Source: an uncultured Roseivirgaceae bacterium
GTDB lineage: Bacteria; Bacteroidota; Bacteroidia; Cytophagales; Cyclobacteriaceae
DNA: 64,000 nt
Assembly (NCBI GenBank): GCA_964429655.1
Contig: CAYSCZ010000005.1
Span: forward strand, 28,774 to 92,773
Reading direction: 5' to 3'
Numbering within the stretch: position 1 is the stretch's first letter; every line of letters begins with the position of its first letter. A model generated the notes under the pieces. That model worked only from the letters and a program-made list of their open reading frames with translations, was not told where the DNA came from and made no database searches. Shown here one piece after another: positions 60,542 through 64,000 of the stretch. A program made the translations under genes and the position numbers.

Positions 60542-61740
60542 TGCCAACAAACCGTCAGCTGTTTCTTCAATATTTAGCCCAAACCTCCGACGAGCCCCTG
60601 GCGCTCGAAATTGAGAAAGCTGAAGGCATTTATATGTTCGATAAGTCGGGTAATCAGTATCTTGACTTGATCTCTGGAATTGGTGTTAGCAATGTTGGCC
60701 ACCGGCATCCGGAAGTTATCGCTGCCATCCGAGAACAGTTGGATAAATATCTTCATTTAATGGTTTACGGTGAATTTATCCAGTCACCCCAATGCAAACT
60801 GGCAGAAGCACTAACCAGCAGCCTGCCTGAAAATTTGAGTAATGTTTATTTCTTAAATTCCGGTAGTGAGGCGGTAGAGGGTGCACTAAAATTAGCTAAA
60901 AGATATACCAATCGCTTTGAGATCATTTCTTGCTACAATGCCTACCATGGGTCCAGCCATGGTGCGTTATCAGTAAGTGGAAGTGAAAAATTTAAGCGGA
61001 ATTTTCGGCCTTTACTTTCCGGAACAAAACAAATTCCCTACGGATCATTTCATCATTTAAACCAGATATCATCCGAAACAGCAGCCGTCATTATAGAGAC
61101 TGTACAGGGCGAAGCAGGCGCAGTAGCGGCTTGCAGTAACTATTTTCAATCCCTGAGTGCGAGATGTAACCAAACCGGAACGCTTTTAATCCTTGATGAA
61201 ATCCAATGTGGGTTTGGTCGTTCCGGAAAATTTTGGGCTTTTCAATGGCATAATATTACCCCGGATATTTTGATTTGCGCAAAGGGTATGGGCGGTGGTA
61301 TGCCAATAAGCGCTTTCATCGCACCTGAAAGAATCATGAGTAAGCTAAAGAACAATCCTGTTTTAGGTCATATTACCACCTTTGGCGGTCATCCGGTTTC
61401 CTGTGTAGCATCACTTGCAACCATAAATGTGCTTAAAAATGAACATCTTATAGAATCTGTTGAAGAAAAATCAAAGATCATCTGGCAGGAATTAAAACAC
61501 CCATTAATTCACCACCTTTCCGGGAAAGGTCTACTAATTGCAGCACACTTCGATTCATTCAACATCCTCAAAAAAGTCATCGACCGTGCAATCGACCTTG
61601 GTGCTGTTACCGATTGGTTTTTATTTAATGACGCTGCTATGCGCATTGCCCCGCCCCTAACCATCTCAACTGATCAGATCAGGGAAGCTTGTCGAATTAT
61701 TCTTGAAGCTTGCGATACAGTGCATAAGGAATCTGCATAA
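60541..61740 (+). CDS. Class-III (aspartate aminotransferase family) PLP-dependent aminotransferase, ArgD/GabT-like.
   Basis: LDLISGIGVSNVGHRHPEV ... LILDEIQCGFGRSGKFWAF ... KGMGGGMPISAF. Confidence 0.85.
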   Translation: MPTNRQLFLQYLAQTSDEPLALEIEKAEGIYMFDKSGNQYLDLISGIGVSNVGHRHPEVIAAIREQLDKYLHLMVYGEFIQSPQCKLAEALTSSLPENLSNVYFLNSGSEAVEGALKLAKRYTNRFEIISCYNAYHGSSHGALSVSGSEKFKRNFRPLLSGTKQIPYGSFHHLNQISSETAAVIIETVQGEAGAVAACSNYFQSLSARCNQTGTLLILDEIQCGFGRSGKFWAFQWHNITPDILICAKGMGGGMPISAFIAPERIMSKLKNNPVLGHITTFGGHPVSCVASLATINVLKNEHLIESVEEKSKIIWQELKHPLIHHLSGKGLLIAAHFDSFNILKKVIDRAIDLGAVTDWFLFNDAAMRIAPPLTISTDQIREACRIILEACDTVHKESA

Positions 61741-61741
61741 G

Positions 61742-62206
61742 ATGAATCGAAAACAAAGGGTGATGAGCACTTCTATTTTCATCATTTACCTGTCAATTCA
61801 ATTGTTTTTTATTGTTCGGGCTCACTTTATTCACGATAAAAGGTTTGGATTCTGGATGTTTGCGGAAAGCGCGTTTTTTACTGCAAAACTATACCGCGAG
61901 TTAGATGATGGATCACTGGTGCCCACCTCTAATGGTAGATGGACATTAACGGAACCTGGAAAGGTCAGTGGTTACAATTGGAACCAATTAGTAAGGGATT
62001 ACCGGCTATATAATTTGCAGGATTATAAACGTGCTAAGGGGAGCATGTCAAGAACCATAATGTATTTTCAACATGCATTAGATTATGTTGCCGATCACAT
62101 TCCTCAGGACCAATCCACAAGGAGACTTATTTTAAAAGTTAACTACCACAAATCGGGAGAACCCTGGCAAAATACCACACTGAAGAGCAAGGTTCGGGAC
62201 ATATGA
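61742..62206 (+). CDS. Hypothetical protein with an N-terminal TM helix.
   Basis: 155 aa, start taken at ATG 61742. Translationally coupled to the downstream gene (ATGA overlap). Confidence 0.4.
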   Translation: MNRKQRVMSTSIFIIYLSIQLFFIVRAHFIHDKRFGFWMFAESAFFTAKLYRELDDGSLVPTSNGRWTLTEPGKVSGYNWNQLVRDYRLYNLQDYKRAKGSMSRTIMYFQHALDYVADHIPQDQSTRRLILKVNYHKSGEPWQNTTLKSKVRDI

Positions 62207-63534
62207 AGTCATATCCACACGATAAAATTCATAATTGGCTGTATTTCAGGGGCTCTCTTGAGCCTATCGGTCTTATGCGTATAATTATCGGTTTTATGAT
62301 CATCCGCCATATCTGGACTTTTATGCATCGATTTTTAACTAAAGGGTTCTACAGGGACCGCTTCCATTTACCTTACCTGGACTGGCTGCCACAACCTTCT
62401 GAACCGGTATATATCGCGCTACTCATAGCTCTTCTACTTACTGGCTGCTCACTGATTATAGGGTTTCAGGTAAAAAGGTTAACCATCCTGGGAGCTGTTT
62501 TAATCACTTACCACTTTTTTCTTAACCAGATATGGTACCGGCATAACCGATATTTTATGATCCTGCTGGTAATCCTTTTATGTTTTACCGCAGCGATCAG
62601 GATATTCTCATTGCAAAAAAACAATCATCAATCTGCAGGGCTTTACCCCTATTGGCCTCATCTGCTGATCAGATTGCAAATGACGTTTATTTACCTTGCC
62701 TCAGCATTCTCTAAAACGCTGGATCCCTATTGGAGAAGCGGCCAGATGTTTGCTGACCGTTGGGAGAAGTTAGTTGTTCAGGACCGGCTGGTGGAGAAGG
62801 TACCGTTCCACATCCCCCAATGGTTTCATCAACTTTTTGAGGAAGAGTGGTTTCCATTTCTTTTGAGTTTCCTTGCCTTATTCCAGGAGTACTTTTTGGG
62901 CATTTGTTTGTGGATACCCAAAACCCGCAAACTGGCACTCTGGATGGGCTTGTTATTTCATGGTTTTATAGAGATAGCCGCTCATGTTTTAGTTTTCAGT
63001 TATCTGGTCCTTGCCACATATTTCGTTGTGATCAGGCCCACAAAGCATACCAAAACCATTTACCTAAATCCTGGCATAAAAACACATCGATTCATCGCAA
63101 CAATCATCCATCACCTTGACTGGCTCAATAAAATAAAAATCTGCGCCGTTAACCTAAATCATATGTTGGTTCAACATGGTGGTAAATATTATACTGGTTC
63201 GACAGCCCTGGCCGTTGCCGGGTCCTCCATGATCCTTCCTTTTTTGATTTGCTATCCCATGACATGCTTTGCAAAAACTGTCAAAAAAGTTGATCTGAAC
63301 CATTCAGCAACCTCTGGATGGGTGTTCGAAAAACATCCAAACCCTGGCCTTTTCTTATGGGTACTTACGGGAATATTTACTATCTACTTTGGTTTCTTGC
63401 TGGTAATATCCGGGACAAATTATTTGGATATACCGCTGCAAAGTGTAAGGTATTTGGACGTCTTTCTTATATTTTTGATATTTTATCTCGTTATCCAATT
63501 ATATCAAGACAAACCAATTCAAAAATCAATATGA
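62203..63534 (+). CDS. HTTM (vitamin-K-dependent gamma-carboxylase-like) domain membrane protein.
   Basis: EPIGLMRIIIGFMIIRHIW N-terminus and the WYRHNRYF (HNR) motif. Polytopic, 443 aa. Confidence 0.5.
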   Translation: MKSYPHDKIHNWLYFRGSLEPIGLMRIIIGFMIIRHIWTFMHRFLTKGFYRDRFHLPYLDWLPQPSEPVYIALLIALLLTGCSLIIGFQVKRLTILGAVLITYHFFLNQIWYRHNRYFMILLVILLCFTAAIRIFSLQKNNHQSAGLYPYWPHLLIRLQMTFIYLASAFSKTLDPYWRSGQMFADRWEKLVVQDRLVEKVPFHIPQWFHQLFEEEWFPFLLSFLALFQEYFLGICLWIPKTRKLALWMGLLFHGFIEIAAHVLVFSYLVLATYFVVIRPTKHTKTIYLNPGIKTHRFIATIIHHLDWLNKIKICAVNLNHMLVQHGGKYYTGSTALAVAGSSMILPFLICYPMTCFAKTVKKVDLNHSATSGWVFEKHPNPGLFLWVLTGIFTIYFGFLLVISGTNYLDIPLQSVRYLDVFLIFLIFYLVIQLYQDKPIQKSI

Positions 63535-64000
63535 GGACAATACTCATTCTGTGTTTTATCATCAACACCTTCCAGGCAAATGCTCAATGCCACAGTTATT
63601 TTAATTTATCCAGGGTAAACTATTGGGAATTTGAAAAAAGGGACGGAAATGATAAGAAGCTGGGCAAAGAAGTGCATCAACTCACCCGAATGGATGGGTA
63701 TGATGGTACCATCGTTGTATTATCTTATAACAATAAAGGTATATCCCAGGGGAAATATGAATACCCCATAAGCTGTAATGATGGCATCATTGCTTTCAAT
63801 ATGAGACGCTATGTTCCCAGGGTTACTTCCATTTTATTTCCGAATGGCAATGTTTCCGCAGAAGGTGATCGTATCGAATGGCCCAGTGATCTTGCCCATG
63901 ATATGACATTTGAAGACGGGACAGCTGAGCTTACCGGAAAGGTCAACCTGCCAAGTAAAGTACTACTGACTGTCAAAAACAGAAAAACAGAGAAAGAGGA
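63531..64000 (+). CDS. Secreted hypothetical protein, 5' portion (continues beyond the window).
   Basis: Signal peptide MRTILILCFIINTFQANAQ. ATGA overlap with the HTTM gene. Confidence 0.4.
   Translation, partial: MRTILILCFIINTFQANAQCHSYFNLSRVNYWEFEKRDGNDKKLGKEVHQLTRMDGYDGTIVVLSYNNKGISQGKYEYPISCNDGIIAFNMRRYVPRVTSILFPNGNVSAEGDRIEWPSDLAHDMTFEDGTAELTGKVNLPSKVLLTVKNRKTEKE

Noticed and set aside
1-64000. Search for a CRISPR array that could explain the Cas6 homolog.
   Set aside because: No series of regularly spaced direct repeats was seen anywhere in the window. The only short direct repeats (ATGACAAAT x2) are 9 bp with a 5-bp spacer, which does not fit a CRISPR array.
1-64000. Mobile elements (transposase, integrase, phage genes, terminal inverted repeats) around the accessory-looking 19-31 kb block.
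   Set aside because: No transposase- or integrase-like translation and no flanking direct or inverted repeats were recognised. The block seems chromosomally integrated without an obvious vehicle.

Overview
This 64-kb window is AT-rich (roughly mid-30s % GC by eye) and looks like Bacteroidetes (Cytophagia/Flavobacteriia-like) chromosome. Lineage cues are DUF3078, DUF3276, TonB-dependent receptors, a TPR-HK-REC-AraC hybrid sensor and ATGA-overlapped operons. Most of it is core metabolism: ychF, aconitase, citrate synthase, a complete sufBCDS-sufE Fe-S operon with a BrxA/B bacilliredoxin, fadD-like CoA ligase, a split transketolase, a class-III aminotransferase and yidD. Accessory-looking content is interleaved with this. 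(1) An orphan Cas6 homolog sits at the left edge with no array or other cas genes in view. (2) A decayed 5-methylthioribose-kinase-like (APH family) pseudogene has in-frame stops and frameshifts. (3) A translationally coupled ATP-grasp / M17 aminopeptidase / esterase operon lies near a KamA-family radical-SAM aminomutase, a fused ABC exporter and a divergent FAD amine-oxidase-like gene. (4) Two paralogous single-domain CheY-like regulators flank a secreted protein. (5) A five-gene universal-stress-protein island sits beside a cytoplasmic PAS histidine kinase and a REC-Crp/Fnr fusion regulator, with several TGAT-N4-ATCA (FNR-type) palindromes in the island promoters. (6) A four-EF-hand calmodulin-like protein is operonic with a membrane EEP phosphatase/nuclease. 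(7) An atypical ~140-nt tRNA-like ncRNA has its own rho-independent terminator. (8) A secreted VWA protein gene is embedded between the two transketolase halves. (9) A tight operon pairs a small protein, an HTTM-domain membrane protein and a secreted protein. I recognised no rRNA, CRISPR array, transposase, integrase or phage genes. All calls come from reading the six-frame translations and the DNA by eye; no searches were run.
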